Assembly: GCA_951406725.2 (NCBI GenBank)
Contig: OX597836.1
Coordinates: 31,124,001 to 31,188,000 of the forward strand
DNA from: Octopus vulgaris
Lineage: Eukaryota
Direction of reading: 5' to 3'
DNA: 64,000 bases
Shown here piece by piece: positions 52,011 through 63,904 of the stretch. The notes under the pieces were generated by a model. The model searched no databases, was not told where the DNA came from, and saw only the letters and a list, made by a program, of their open reading frames with translations. The translations under genes and the position numbers were made by a program. Positions within the stretch are counted from its first letter, which is position 1; each line of letters opens with the position of its first letter.

Positions 52011-52204
52011 TATACATGATGGGCTTCTTTTCAGTTTCTGTCGACCAAATCTGCTCTCAAGGCTTTGTTCAGCCCGAGGCTATAGTAGAAGATACTTGCC
52101 CAAGGTGCCACACAGTGAGACCCAGAACCATGTGGTTGGGAAGCAAGCTTCTTATCACGTAACCACACCTGTGCCATAATGAATTCAAAACTTATGTATA
52201 TATA

Positions 52205-53490
52205 TCATCATCATCGTTTAACGTCCGCTTTCCGCGCTAGCACGGGTTGGACGGTTTGACCGGGTCTGGGAAGCCAGGGGCCGCTCCAGGCTCCAGTCTG
52301 AATCTGGCAGAGTTTCTACGGCTGGATGCCCTTCCTAACGCCAACCACTCCGTGAGTGGATTGGGTGCTTTTTACGTGCCACCTGCACAGGGGCCGGAGG
52401 GTCCGGCATCGTCACGATCGGATTCGAGCATTTTAACGTGTCAGCGGCACGGGGGCAACGAGGTCCGGGGTACTTTGGGGATCGGGGTATTTTGGGGATC
52501 CAGGGTACTTTGGGGATCCGGGGTACTTTGGGGATCTGGGGTACTTAGAATGGGTAGGGGGTACTTAGAATGGGTAGGGGGGTACTTAGAATGGGTAGGG
52601 GGGTACTTAGAATGGGTAGGGGGTATGTGGAATTGCTGCAGAAAGCAGCCCGGGTCTTTGTAGTCACAGCATATCTCCAGAGATCTCGGTCCTTCGCCAT
52701 TGCCTCAGTGAGGCCCAATGCTCTGAGGTCATGCTTGACCACCTCATCCCATGTCTTCCTGGGTCTACCTCTCCCCCTGATACCTTCAACTGTTTGGGAG
52801 TGGCACTTCTTCACACATCTCTCTTCATCCATCCGCAGCACATGACCATACCATCGCAAGCGTCGCTCTTGCACACCACATCTGATGCTTCTTATATCCA
52901 GCATTTCTCTCAGGATACTTACACTCTGTTTTGCGTGCACACTGACACTACACATCCAGCGGATCATGCTAGCTTCATTTCTTTCAAGTCTACGCATGTC
53001 TTCTGCAGTCACAGCCCATGTTTCATTACCGTGAAGCATGGCAGTTCGCACACATGCATCATATAATCTACCTTTTGCTCTGAGGGAGAGGCCTTTTGTT
53101 GCCAGTAGGGGTAGGAGCTTTCTGAACTTTGCCCAGGCTATTCGTATTCTAGTGGTGATACTCTCTGTGCATCCACCTCCGCTACTAACTTGGTCTCCCA
53201 GGTAGCGGAAACTATCAACTACTTCTAGTTTCTCTCCCTGGAGTGTGATGGAATCTGTTTTCTGAGTGTCTGTTGTGTCTATTGTCCCTGTGCATCTGCC
53301 GCACATGTAAGCTATCTTATCTGTTAATTTCCCTTTAATGTTGCTGCACCTCTTATGTGTCCATAACTTACATTGGGTGCATCTTATGGAGTTTCTACCT
53401 GTACCTTTCCTACAGGTTGAGCAGGGCCACCTACCCGAGGGGATGTGTGTTGAGTACCTCTTGCTGCTTACTAATACTTTGGTCTTTGCT
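52205..53490 (-). mobile_element. 5'-truncated RTE-type LINE with internal 18-21 bp tandem repeats (52465-52625)
   Basis: VDSFRYLGD..AWAKFRKL..RLRWYGHVLRM..GRGRPRKTW, a Cys-rich insert CTQCKLWTHKRC, and a (GAT)n tail. Confidence 0.92.
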
Positions 53491-53497
53491 ACATTTA

Positions 53498-53540
<43 letters not shown>

Positions 53541-53674
53541 CCATCACCATCATTTACTGTTTGTTGTCCTTGCTGGCATAGGATGAACATTTTGACCGGA
53601 CAGAAACCAACTTTTTTATGCGATTGGTACTATTTGTATTCCAAATGTAATGATTTTCATTTTCCATTCTCTAG

Positions 53675-53781
53675 GTGGCAATTTCTGTGCAGGGTTTGAT
53701 CTCAAAGAACTTGCAGATGAATTTCGAAGTGCTGAAGTTGCCTTGCCTGATTCCCCAAGTCGGACAGAACGTGCTCCAATG
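53675..53781 (+). CDS. Enoyl-CoA hydratase-family exon 3 (GNFCAGFDLKELADEF...RAPM)
   Basis: ttctctag acceptor, ATG|gtattt donor. FCAGxDL oxyanion-hole motif. Not in the ORF track. Confidence 0.92.
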
Positions 53782-54553
53782 GTATTTCATTGAAGTTTTT
53801 TTTCCCATTTCTCTTATAATGCTTTTGTTACCATATAACTAGTATTAATAGTATTTGTGACTAGAAAATAAATATAAAAAGTTTATTTTGTAGCTTAACA
53901 TGCCATGGAGACATACATATTCATATGTATAGAACCATCCGAATGTGGCTGTTGCCAGCACCGCCCCGACTGGCCTCCATGTCGGTGGCACGTAAAAAGC
54001 ACCATCCGATTGTGGTCATTGCCAGCCTCGTCTGGCCCCCATGCCGATGGCACATAAAAAGCACCATCCGATCGTGGCCGTTTGCCAGCCTCGTCTGACA
54101 CCTGTGCAGGTGGTATGTAAAAAGCACCCACTACACTCACGGAGTGGTTGGCATTAGGAAAGGCATCCAGCTGTAGAAACATTGCCAGATCAGACTGGGC
54201 CTGCTGCAACCTTCTGGCTTCCCAGACCCCAGTTGAACTGTCCAACCCATGCTAGCATGGAAAGCGGACGTTAAACGATGATGATGATAATGATGTTGTT
54301 AATGTCATGTTTGATAGCTTGGCAAATTTTAAAATAACCACAAAACGAAATATTGTATAAAAAAGCTAAGATTGTCAACGACTAATGAATCGAGGTTCAG
54401 ACGTCTAGATGGAAAAAACCAGTCAAAGAGAAGAAAACGAAGAAGCAGCAGACATTATATAAGAATTTCTACGACGAACTTCTGGATATATTTATGATCA
54501 AACAGATAAAAAGAGTTGTTGCACTTGAAGGATACAAATAAACTGTACATATC

Positions 54554-54672
54554 GCGTATGGCCATATCACGTTGAAAGTACTGGTTCTTGTCTGATCACT
54601 GAAGTTAAGCAACGTCAAGCCTAGTTAGTACTTAGATGGGTGACTGCTTGGGAAACCTAGGTGCTGTAAGTG
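54554..54672 (+). pseudogene. Full-length dispersed 5S rRNA pseudogene (intronic)
   Basis: GCGTATGGCCATATCACGTTGAA...GAAGTTAAGCAACGTC...GTTAGTACTTAGATGGGTGACTGCTTGGGAAACCTAGGTGCTGTAAG follows the invertebrate 5S sequence. Many CpG transitions and no oligo-T terminator. Confidence 0.9.
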
Positions 54673-56760
54673 TTACACAGTAGGCGTAGAAGTGGCTGTG
54701 TGGTATGGTTCCGGGTTCAGTCCCACTGTGTGGCACCTTGGGCAAGTGTCTTCTACTATAGCCTTGGGCCGACCAAAGCCTTGTGAGTGGATTTGGTAGA
54801 CGGAAACTGAAAGAAGCCCGTCGTATATATGTATATATATGTGTGTTTGTGTGTCTCTGTTTGTCCCGCCAACATTGCTTGACAACCGATGCTGGTGTGT
54901 TTATGTCCCTGTAACTTAGCAGTTCAGCAAAAGAGACCGATAGAATAAGTACTAGGCTTACAAAGAATAAGTCCTGGGGTCGACTTTCTCGACTAAAGGC
55001 GGTGCTCCTGCATGGCCACAGTCAAATGACTGAAGCAAAAGAATAAAATAGTAAAAGAGTAATATGTATCTCTTTTTGTGTTAATAAACTAACAGATTCC
55101 ACAAGACTGTCCTATTACTATAATCCTTAAATTATTGGTCAAGTCTGTATTTCCAGTCAGTCACTTTGCTTTGTGTCTTGATCCCAAGGTATTTATTTCC
55201 CTTTGTGGTAGTAAGTGAACAGCTTCCACATTGCTTGTGAAATTAACAAGCAAGTGGCTGAGCACGCCACAGACACATGTACCCTTAATGTACTTCTCGG
55301 ATAGATTCAGCATGAAAGAATGTGACATGTCTGGCCCTTTGAAATACAGGTACGACTCACTTTTGCCAGCTGAATGCATTGACTGGTGCAATGTGAAATA
55401 AAGTGTCTTGCTCAAGGATACAATATGTTGCCAGGAATTGAACTCATGACCTTACAATCATGAGCCAAATACCTTAACCACTAAGCCACACACTTTCCCT
55501 ATAGACATGTCATCATCATCATCGTTTAATGTCCGTTTTCCATGCTGGCATGGGTTGGACGTTTTGACTGAGGGCTGGTGAGCCAGAAGGCTGCACCAGG
55601 CTCCAATCTGATCTGCTGGATGCACTTCCTAATGCCAACCACTCCAAGAGTGTAGTGGGTGCTTTTTACATGCCTATTTCTTTATTACCCACAAGGGGCT
55701 AAACACAGAGGGGACAAACAAGGACAGACATAGGTATTAAGTCGATTACATCGACCCCAGTGCGTAACTGGTACTTAATTTATCGACCCTGAAAGGGTGA
55801 AAGGCAAAGTCGACCTCGGCGGAATTTGAACCGAGGTCGACTTTGCCTTCATGCCACCAGCACAAGGGCTAGTCTGCCAGCACTGGCATCAACCATGCTT
55901 GAATGGTGCTTTTACATGCCACTGGCATGGGACCAGTCAGCCGGCACGGGACCAGTCAGCCGGCACGGGACCAGTCAGCCGGCACGGGACCAGTCAGCTA
56001 GCATGGGACCAGTCTGCTGGCACTGGCATCAACCACGCTCGAATGGTGCTTTTTATGAGCCCCCAGCATACGCATACACATGCATACACGTGATCATACT
56101 TACACAAAATAGAGAAACAAATGTTGGTAATATTTTAGTTATGTAAGGATCTATATATTGTATAATATATGTTAGCAGAAAAATGTTTTATAATTTGTCT
56201 TATTCCTATTTTGATGCATAAATTTATAGCATTGTTAGGCATCGGCATAGTTGTATGATTAAGGAATTTGCTTCCCAACCCTGTGGCCTTGGGTTCAGTC
56301 CCATTGCGTGACACATTGGCCAAGTGCCTTCTACTATAGCCCCAGGCTGACAAAAGCCTTGTGAATGGATTTAGTAGATGGAAATCAAAAGACACCTGTC
56401 GCATATATGTGTGTGTATGTGCATGCATGTGTGACTTTGTCTTTCTGTTTGTCCTCCGCCACTACTTGACAACTGGGGTTGGTTTGTTTGTGTCCCTGTA
56501 ACTTGGCAGTTCAGCCAAAGAGACTGATTGAATAAGTACCAGGCTTTAAAAAAAGAATAAGTACTAGGGCCAACTTTGCCTTTCAGCTTTTCAAGATCGA
56601 CAAAATAAGTACCAGTGGAGTACTGGGGTCAGTGTAATCAACTAGCTCCCTCCCCCAACTGAGTACTGGGGTCGATATAAACAGTTGTCTCCCTCCCCAG
56701 AAAATCCAGGCCTTGTGCCTATAGTAAAGATTATTATTATTATTATTATTATTATTAAAA

Positions 56761-57327
56761 AGGCGGGGAGCTGGCAGAATCATTAGCATGACAGATGAAA
56801 TGCTAAGCGGCATTTTGACCGTCTCCATGTTCTGAGTTCAAATTCTGCCGAGGTCAGTTTTGCCTTTCATCCTCTTGGGGTCAATAAAATAAGTACCAGC
56901 TGAGTAGTGGGGTCGATGTAATCGACTTTCCCCCTCTCCCAAATTTCAGGCCTTGTAGTAGAAAGGATTATTATTATAATTATTATTATTATTGTTATTA
57001 TTATTATATTTTCTAGGAAACTGAGTTGTTTTTCTCTAGTTTTGTGGTTTGGAATTATTTTATAGGGTCCAACACGAATGTCATTTTCTAAGCCTGTCAT
57101 AGCAGCTGTTTCTGGTTATGCTGTAGCTGGTGGTTTGGAGCTAGCACTTATGTGCGATTTGAGAGTTGTTGAAGAATCAGCCATCATGGGTGTCTACAAC
57201 CGGAGATTGGGTAAAATGTGTTTTTATCTTTTCCTGTCATTTTCCTCTCCATTTTTTTCTTTTCTTTTCTTTTTTTCTTTATTTCTATATTTCTTTCTTT
57301 CTTTCTTTCTTTCTTTCCTTTGTCTTC

Positions 57328-57369
<42 letters not shown>

Positions 57370-57862
57370 GGCGGTGAGCTGGCAGAATCGTTAGCACACT
57401 AGATGAAATGCTTTGCGGCATTTTGCCCATCTCTATGTTCTGAGTTCAAATTCCGCTGAGGTCGACTTTGCCTTTCATCCTTTCAGGGTTGATTTAATAA
57501 GTACCAGTTATGCACTGGGGTCGATGTAATAGACTTAATCCCCTCCTCCAAGCCGCCCTTGTGGCAAAGATTTGAAATCATCATTATCATTATTATTATT
57601 ATTACTGTTATCATTATTATTATTATTATTATTATCATTATTATTATTAAGGCAGTGTGCTGGCAGAATTGTTAGCATGCTGGAGGAATTGCTTAGTGGT
57701 ATCTTGCCTGTTGCTACGTTCTGAGTTCAAATTCCACTGAGGTCAACTTTGCCGTTCATCCTTTCAGAGTTGATTAAATAAGTACCAGCCAAGTGCTGGG
57801 GTCGATGTGACTGACTTGTCCCTTCCCCCAAAATTTCATGCCTTGTGCCTATGGTAGAAAGA
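56761..57862 (+). mobile_element. SINE-A copies flanking exon 4 (56761-56970, 57369-57580, 57649-57862)
   Basis: Family A boxes and core, each within an (ATT)n tract. Confidence 0.85.
57066..57210 (+). CDS. Enoyl-CoA hydratase-family exon 4 (GPTRMSFSKPVIAAVSGYAVAGGLELALMCDLRVVEESAIMGVYNRRL)
   Basis: tttatag acceptor, G|gtaaaa donor. KPVIAAVxGxAxGGGxELAxxCD-type crotonase signature. Confidence 0.95.
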
Positions 57863-57874
57863 ATTATTATTATT

Positions 57875-58134
57875 CTATGTTTGACTTTTGCTTTACATTT
57901 GTACAAGCTGGCTCCAAGTCTCACCCAGAGACCTCAAGAGACAACAAGTTGGAAGTTCGTGTTGTTGTTATGCCTAGGGTGCCTTATATTTGGTTTTGTA
58001 CTTAGTGTTGTACTAGTGAATGTCTAAAAAACCATACGAAAATTATGTTTGTTTTAAAACTTGAGATTACATAGAAAGTATTTTGCGTAGGATATGAGCA
58101 GTTCCCATGAGCATTATCTTTTGAATTTCTGCCA
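57875..58134 (-). mobile_element. 3' end of an RLE-type (R4/Dong-like) non-LTR retrotransposon in (TAA)n
   Basis: AEIQKIMLMGTAHILRKIL* followed by a UTR and (AAT)n. Confidence 0.7.
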
Positions 58135-58149
58135 TTATTATCATTATTA

Positions 58150-58181
<32 letters not shown>

Positions 58182-58221
58182 GTTATTATTATTGTTATTA
58201 TCATCATCATCATTATTATTA

Positions 58222-58273
<52 letters not shown>

Positions 58274-58337
58274 CATTATTATTATTATTATTATTATCAT
58301 CATCATTATTATTATCATTATTATTATTATTATTATT

Positions 58338-58851
58338 GAGTGAGAGAGCAGTGCATGCCATCAAAGTGACACTGGAGTAAAATATATGAAGCCCAGTATA
58401 CCCATCATGACTACCCGTCTGATAAGAGTACACCAGGCACATGCATCACAACCATATGTGCATGACATGGTGATCTCATATCAAGCACATAACCTTGCAG
58501 ATGGGGCCCAATTAGAATTATCTTCAGGTTGAGTAGCCCATCCCGCTCAAAAGGTCCCTGAATAAGGGTTGTTTAAGGATGTTGAAAGAATCACCCATGT
58601 TTCCAGAGGTGAATTATTCAAACCCCAAAGAATCCCTCTCAACACATGGCTATGATGCTCCCCCACTACTTCTGCTCGTGATCAGAGATGCACATATCGT
58701 CAGCCACTAAGGGACATGCTCAACTGGTTAAGGTCAAACAACTGACAAGCAAATCTGTGGTATTGAGCAGAATATTTGCTGTAGCCCATCTTTTATACCA
58801 AGACAAAACAATGTACATGATAACACATCCAATCAGTTAAGATCAGAAGCC
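58338..58851 (-). mobile_element. Unclassified ~510-bp insertion embedded in an (ATT)n microsatellite
   Basis: Sharp borders with (ATT)n on both sides. Confidence 0.5.
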
Positions 58852-58925
58852 TATTATCATTATCATTATCATCATCATTATTATTATTATTATTATTATC
58901 ACTATTATTATTATTATTATTATTA

Positions 58926-58959
<34 letters not shown>

Positions 58960-59333
58960 CATTATTATTATTATTATTATATAGATGATGATGATGACAA
59001 TGAGAATGACTTTACAGGTGTTTCCCCTCAGTTTCCTTAATCACAACAGTCAGTAGACAGTAGTTATTTGTTAAGCTAAGAATAACAAAAACTATATGAA
59101 ATAAGAATCTTACACATTTGGTCAAGTCCCACCACATAATCTTCACTTGTGGTTGTTACTTTTGCCATTGTTTTTTTGTGTTCAAAGTTGGCCCCAATTG
59201 ATAAAAGACAATCCAGCCATGATCATCTTCCCAACCCTTATTTTAGACATAGGTTACCCTCCACAGTTAGCTCCCCCAAAACTCGTTTCTGTTTGATATT
59301 TTATTCTCATATTCTTTTTCTTAATCTTTTCAG

Positions 59334-59483
59334 GAGTCCCCCTTGTTGATGGTTGCACAGTAAGATTACCAAAACTCATTGGTTTATCTCGTGCCATGGA
59401 TTTAATTCTGACCGGTCGGCCAGTTGACAGTAAAGAAGCTCTCCAAATTGGTCTTGCTAACAGAGTAGTTCCTAACGGGACAG
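59334..59483 (+). CDS. Enoyl-CoA hydratase-family exon 5 (GVPLVDGCTVRLPKLIGLSRAMDLILTGRPVDSKEALQIGLANRVVPNGT)
   Basis: ttttcag acceptor, CAG|gtaatt donor, 150 nt, phase 1-1. Confidence 0.95.
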
Positions 59484-59949
59484 GTAATTATTGTTATTGT
59501 ATATTCTGTACTCCTTTAAAGGGCCTTGTGTTTCTCAAGGAAGGAGAAGCAAAATATTTAGAGATCACACCTGGTTATTCTCACACCAGTTCCTATAACT
59601 GTGTGTCTCCTTTACAGCAGCACACCTGTTTCTATTCTCATTCTTAATAACTCTCTCTCTCCTTCTCTGGCCAGGTAACTGTACCTCCTCCTCTACAGCA
59701 AGACATCTGTATCTGTCTCTCTTATTTCTTTATTGCCCACAAGGGGCTAAACATAGAGGGGACAAACAAGGACAGACAAAGGGATTAAGTCGATTACATC
59801 GACCCCAGTAGTACTTAATTTATCGACCCTGAAAGGATGAAAGGCAAAGTCGACCTTGGTGGAATTTGAACTCAGAACGTAGCAGCAGACGAAATACCAC
59901 TAAGCATTTTGCCCGGCATGCTAACATAATTATATCAACCCCAATGCTT

Positions 59950-60224
59950 CATTATTTACATTATTTGCATTCGACGGATATTTGTCCTCATCTTGTTTGT
60001 TGTTAACAAAACGTTTCGGCTGATATACCCTCCAGCTTTCTTTAGGTGTCTTGGGGAAATTTCGAACCTGGGTTCTCATTCCTAAGGTATTTTTCATCAT
60101 CGGCGGCGGTGATGGCTCCTCCTCCTCTGCTGCTGCTGTTGTTCACTGCTTGGAATTGAACTCGGAATCTTGGGGTTAGTAGCCTGTGCTCTTAACCACT
60201 ACGCCATATGCCTGTGGGCATATG
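59950..60224 (-). mobile_element. tRNA-headed SINE-like element with a hammerhead-type tail (core degenerate in this copy)
   Basis: Head at 60141-60213 (TGGCGTAGTGG, GAGTTCAATTCC); tail homologous to 63040-63180. Confidence 0.75.
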
Positions 60225-60921
60225 CTTATCTGTTACTTATTTTATCAAACTCTATCCAATACTAGAATGTTCATCTGTGACCATTTCTTTTTTTTTTTAT
60301 TACTTTATTTCAAATCTTAACCATTTTGCTGCAGAAACCAAATATATCCACTCCAAATTTCATTACCCTGGAAAGCAGTTTTATATCCCAATCTGTATTT
60401 TATTGGAACTATTTTCTGTTGAGTGAAGGCACATGGCTCAGTGGTTGGAGCATCAAACTTACGATCGTGAGGTTGTGAGTTCGATTCCTAGACCGGGCTG
60501 CGTATTGTGTTCTTGAGCAAGACACTTTATTTTTTCGTTGTTCCAGTTCACTCAGCTGCAGAGATGTGATGTCACTGGTGCCAAGCTGTATCGGCCTTTG
60601 CCTTTCCCTTGGATAACATCAGTGGCATGGAGAGGGGAGACTGGTATGCATGGGCAACTGCTGGCCTTCCATAAACAACCTTGCCTGAACTTGCACCTTG
60701 GAGGGTAACTTTCTAGGTGCAATCCCATGGTCATTCATGACCGAAGGGGGTCTCCCATTTTCTATTGAGATACATCAAACTCATTGAGGCAAAGTGACTG
60801 GCAGAAAATACCAATTCTAATTATTTTAGTAGATATTTAGCATCATTACTGGAAGAATAACCATGAAATTTAATTTTGTAATTTAAGAGTTAACGAGTTT
60901 TTAAATCTTTTCTTCCCCCAG

Positions 60922-61095
60922 CTATTGGCCAAGCAACACAGTTAGCTCTATCTATTTCAAGATATCCACAAGTGTGTCTTCAAGCTGATCGCAGATCTGC
61001 ATATTATTCTTGCTATGATGCCACATCTCGACAAGAAGCTTTACAGTATGAATTCCTCAATGGAAGAGATGTCTTAACGGTGGAATCCATAAAAG
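60922..61095 (+). CDS. Enoyl-CoA hydratase-family exon 6 (AIGQATQLALSISRYPQVCLQADRRSAYY...VESIK); gene continues beyond the window
   Basis: cccccag acceptor, AAG|gttaat donor, 174 nt. PQxCLxADRxS motif, no stop codon. Confidence 0.9.
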
Positions 61096-61456
61096 GTTAA
61101 TTTTTGAACTAGTTTTTGCTTTGTTTATCTTTAGTTGTTTTGTTGTCTTTGTTTATATTTTATATCATTACTAGCAGTATCGCCCAGCATTGCTCAGGTT
61201 TGTTTCAACCCTTTAGAATTGGAATTTTTGAAAAGTAAAAATTTTGCATTATGTAGCTTGTTATTCTCTTTAAGTGAACATTTTTCTGGTTGAAATACAC
61301 TGAAAAATGGCAACACAGCAGTCAAAAAATCGTAAAAAATAGAGATTTTCATAGTAAAACCCCCCACCTTTTTGATGTAAATAATTTTTGGTCTTAACAT
61401 GGTCCGATGCATGTAGATTAGGCAGACAGAAACTGAGAGAAATCTGATATATACAT

Positions 61457-62727
61457 ATCATCATCATCATTGTTTAATGTCCGCTTTCCATGCTGGCATG
61501 GGTTGGACGGTTTATCTGAGGTCTGGCAAGCCAGAAGGCTGCACCAGGCTCCAATGTGATCTGGCAAAGTGTCTACAGCTGGATGCCCTTCCTAATGCCA
61601 ACCACTCTGAGAGTGTAGTGGGTACTTTTTATGTGCCACTGGCATGAGTGCCAATCCGGCAGTACTGGCATCAGCCATGACAATGATTCCACTTCACTCA
61701 ACAGGTCTCCTCAAGCACAGTTTATTGCCCTATGATTGAAGGGTACTCTTTAAATGGGCCATTTATTCCACACTGGCATAGGCCACAGTTATGGTCTCAC
61801 TTGGCTTGCTGGGTCTTCTCTAACTCAGCATATCTCCAAAGGTTTCAGTCATTTGTCATCGCCTCCGTGAGGCCCAACATTCGAAGGTCGTGCTTCACCA
61901 CCTCATCCCAGGTCTTCCTGGGTCTACCTCTTCCACAGGTTCCCTCCACTGTTAGAGTGTGACACTTTTTCACACAGCAGTCCTCATCCATACACAACAC
62001 ATGACCATACCAGCACAGTCGTCTCTCTTGCACACCACATCTAATGCTTCTTATGTTCAACTTTTCTCTCAGGGCACTTACATTCTGTTGTGTATGCACA
62101 CTAACATTACACATCCATCAGAGCATACCAGCTTCATTTCTTGCAAGCTTACACATGTCCTCAGCAATCACAGCCCATGTTTCACTGCTGTGTAGCACAG
62201 CTGTGTGCACACATGCATCATACAGTCCACCTTTCACTCTGAGTGAGAGGCCCTTTGTTACTAGCAGAGGTAGGAGTTCTCTGAACTTTGCCCAGGCTAT
62301 TCTTATTCTAGCAGCTACGCTCTCAGAGCATCCACCCCCATTATTGATTTGGTCACCAAGATAACAGAAGCTATCAACGACTTCAGGTTTTTTTCCCTGG
62401 CATGTGACAGAAGCTGTTTTCTGCACATTTTCAGTGTTTATTGCCCCTGTGCATTTGCCCTCACAAAAACTACCTTCCCAGTTAGCCTTCCTTTGATATT
62501 ATTACACCTCTTGTGTGTCCATAGTTTACACTGCGTGCATCTTATGGAGTTTCTACTTACACCTTTTCTACAGACCGAGCAGGGCCATCTGCCTGAAGGG
62601 AATTGTGATTTGTCTGCCTTCCTACTTTCTAAGACTTTGGTTTTTGCTAGATTCACTCAATTCTAGATCTGAAACTTCTCCTCTAGTTCTGATAGTGTCT
62701 CAGCTATTAGAGCAAGGTCATCAGCAT
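61457..62727 (-). mobile_element. 5'-truncated RTE-type LINE (same family as 52205-53490)
   Basis: ORF fragments 62438-62656, 62118-62426 and 61845-62114, followed by the 3' UTR. Confidence 0.92.
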
Positions 62728-63096
62728 CATCATATGTATGTGTCTGTGTCTTTGTGCCTGTGGTTGTCTCCTATCACTGCTTGACAACCAGCATTGGTTT
62801 GTTTATGTTTCTGAACTTAACTATTTGGCATAAAAGACATTTAGAATAAGTACCAGGTTTTTAAAATGTTGGTTCTTTAGTTGATTTCTTTGACTAAACT
62901 GTTCAAGATAATGCTCCAGAATGGTTACAGTCCAATGACTGCAACAAGTAAAAGATCAAAAATAGTTTCTAATTTTTACTTTTGTTTAAACATTTCATAA
63001 ATTACAGTTCTATTTAAGAGATGAGGAATTATGCACATTATTTATATTTACCTTATTTACATTTGATGGATATTTGTCTTCATCTTGTTTGTTGTT

Positions 63097-63142
63097 AACA
63101 CAACATTTCAGCTGATATACCCTCCAGCCTTCATCAGGTGTC
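63097..63142 (-). ncRNA. Minimal type I hammerhead motif in the SINE tail
   Basis: GACAC-CUGAUGA-A-GGCUGG..UCAGCU-GAAA-UG-UU-GUGUU. Stem I fully paired, with CpG decay. Confidence 0.68.
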
Positions 63143-63858
63143 TTGGGGAAATTTCGAACCTGGGTTCTCATTCCTAAGGTATTTTTCGATATTATTATTA
63201 TTGAGAAGACCCGGCAAGCCAAATGAGACCATAACCTCGTGGCCTATGCCAGGGGCGTAATCAGCCTACTTATGCGTACCTTTCCTTCATTGGACACTAA
63301 ACTCTGCTTCTGAAAACCTGTTGAGGCGAGTGAAATTGAAATCAAATTCGTTGACTGGCATCCGTGCTAGTGGAGCGCTAAGAGTACCATACGAGCATGA
63401 TTGTTGCCAGAGCAGCTAACTGGCTTCTGTGCCGGTGGAACGTGAAAAAACATTCGAGCGAGGTCGTTGCCAGTTCCGCTGGACTGGCTCCTGTGCAGGT
63501 GGCACGTAAAAAACACCATTTGAGCGTGGCCGTTGCCAGTACCGCTTTACTGGCTCTCATGCTGGCGGCACGTAAAAGCACCCACTTGGCATTAGGAAGG
63601 GCATCAAGCTGTAGAAACTCTGCCAGATCAGATTGGAGCCTGGTGCAGCCATCTGATTTGCCAGTCCTTAGTCAAATCGTCCAACCCATGCTAGCATGGA
63701 GAACGGACGTTAAACAGTGATGATGATAATGATGATTCAGGTCACTGCCTGGAATTGAACTCGGAATCTTGGGGTTAGTAGCCTGCGCTCTTAACCACTA
63801 CGCCATATGCCCATGGGCATAACTTAGGAATGAGAACCCAGGTTTGAAATTTCCCCAA

Positions 63859-63904
63859 GACACCTGATGAAGGCTGGAGGGTATACCAGCCGAAACGTTG
63901 TATT
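63859..63904 (+). ncRNA. Minimal type I hammerhead motif in the inverted tail copy
   Basis: GACAC-CUGAUGA-A-GGCUGG(AGGGUAUA)CCAGCC-GAAA-CG-UU-GUAUU. Confidence 0.72.

Noticed and set aside
60141-60213. Functional tRNA gene (also other SINE heads)
   Set aside because: Acceptor and T stems are poorly paired, and it is fused to repeat bodies.
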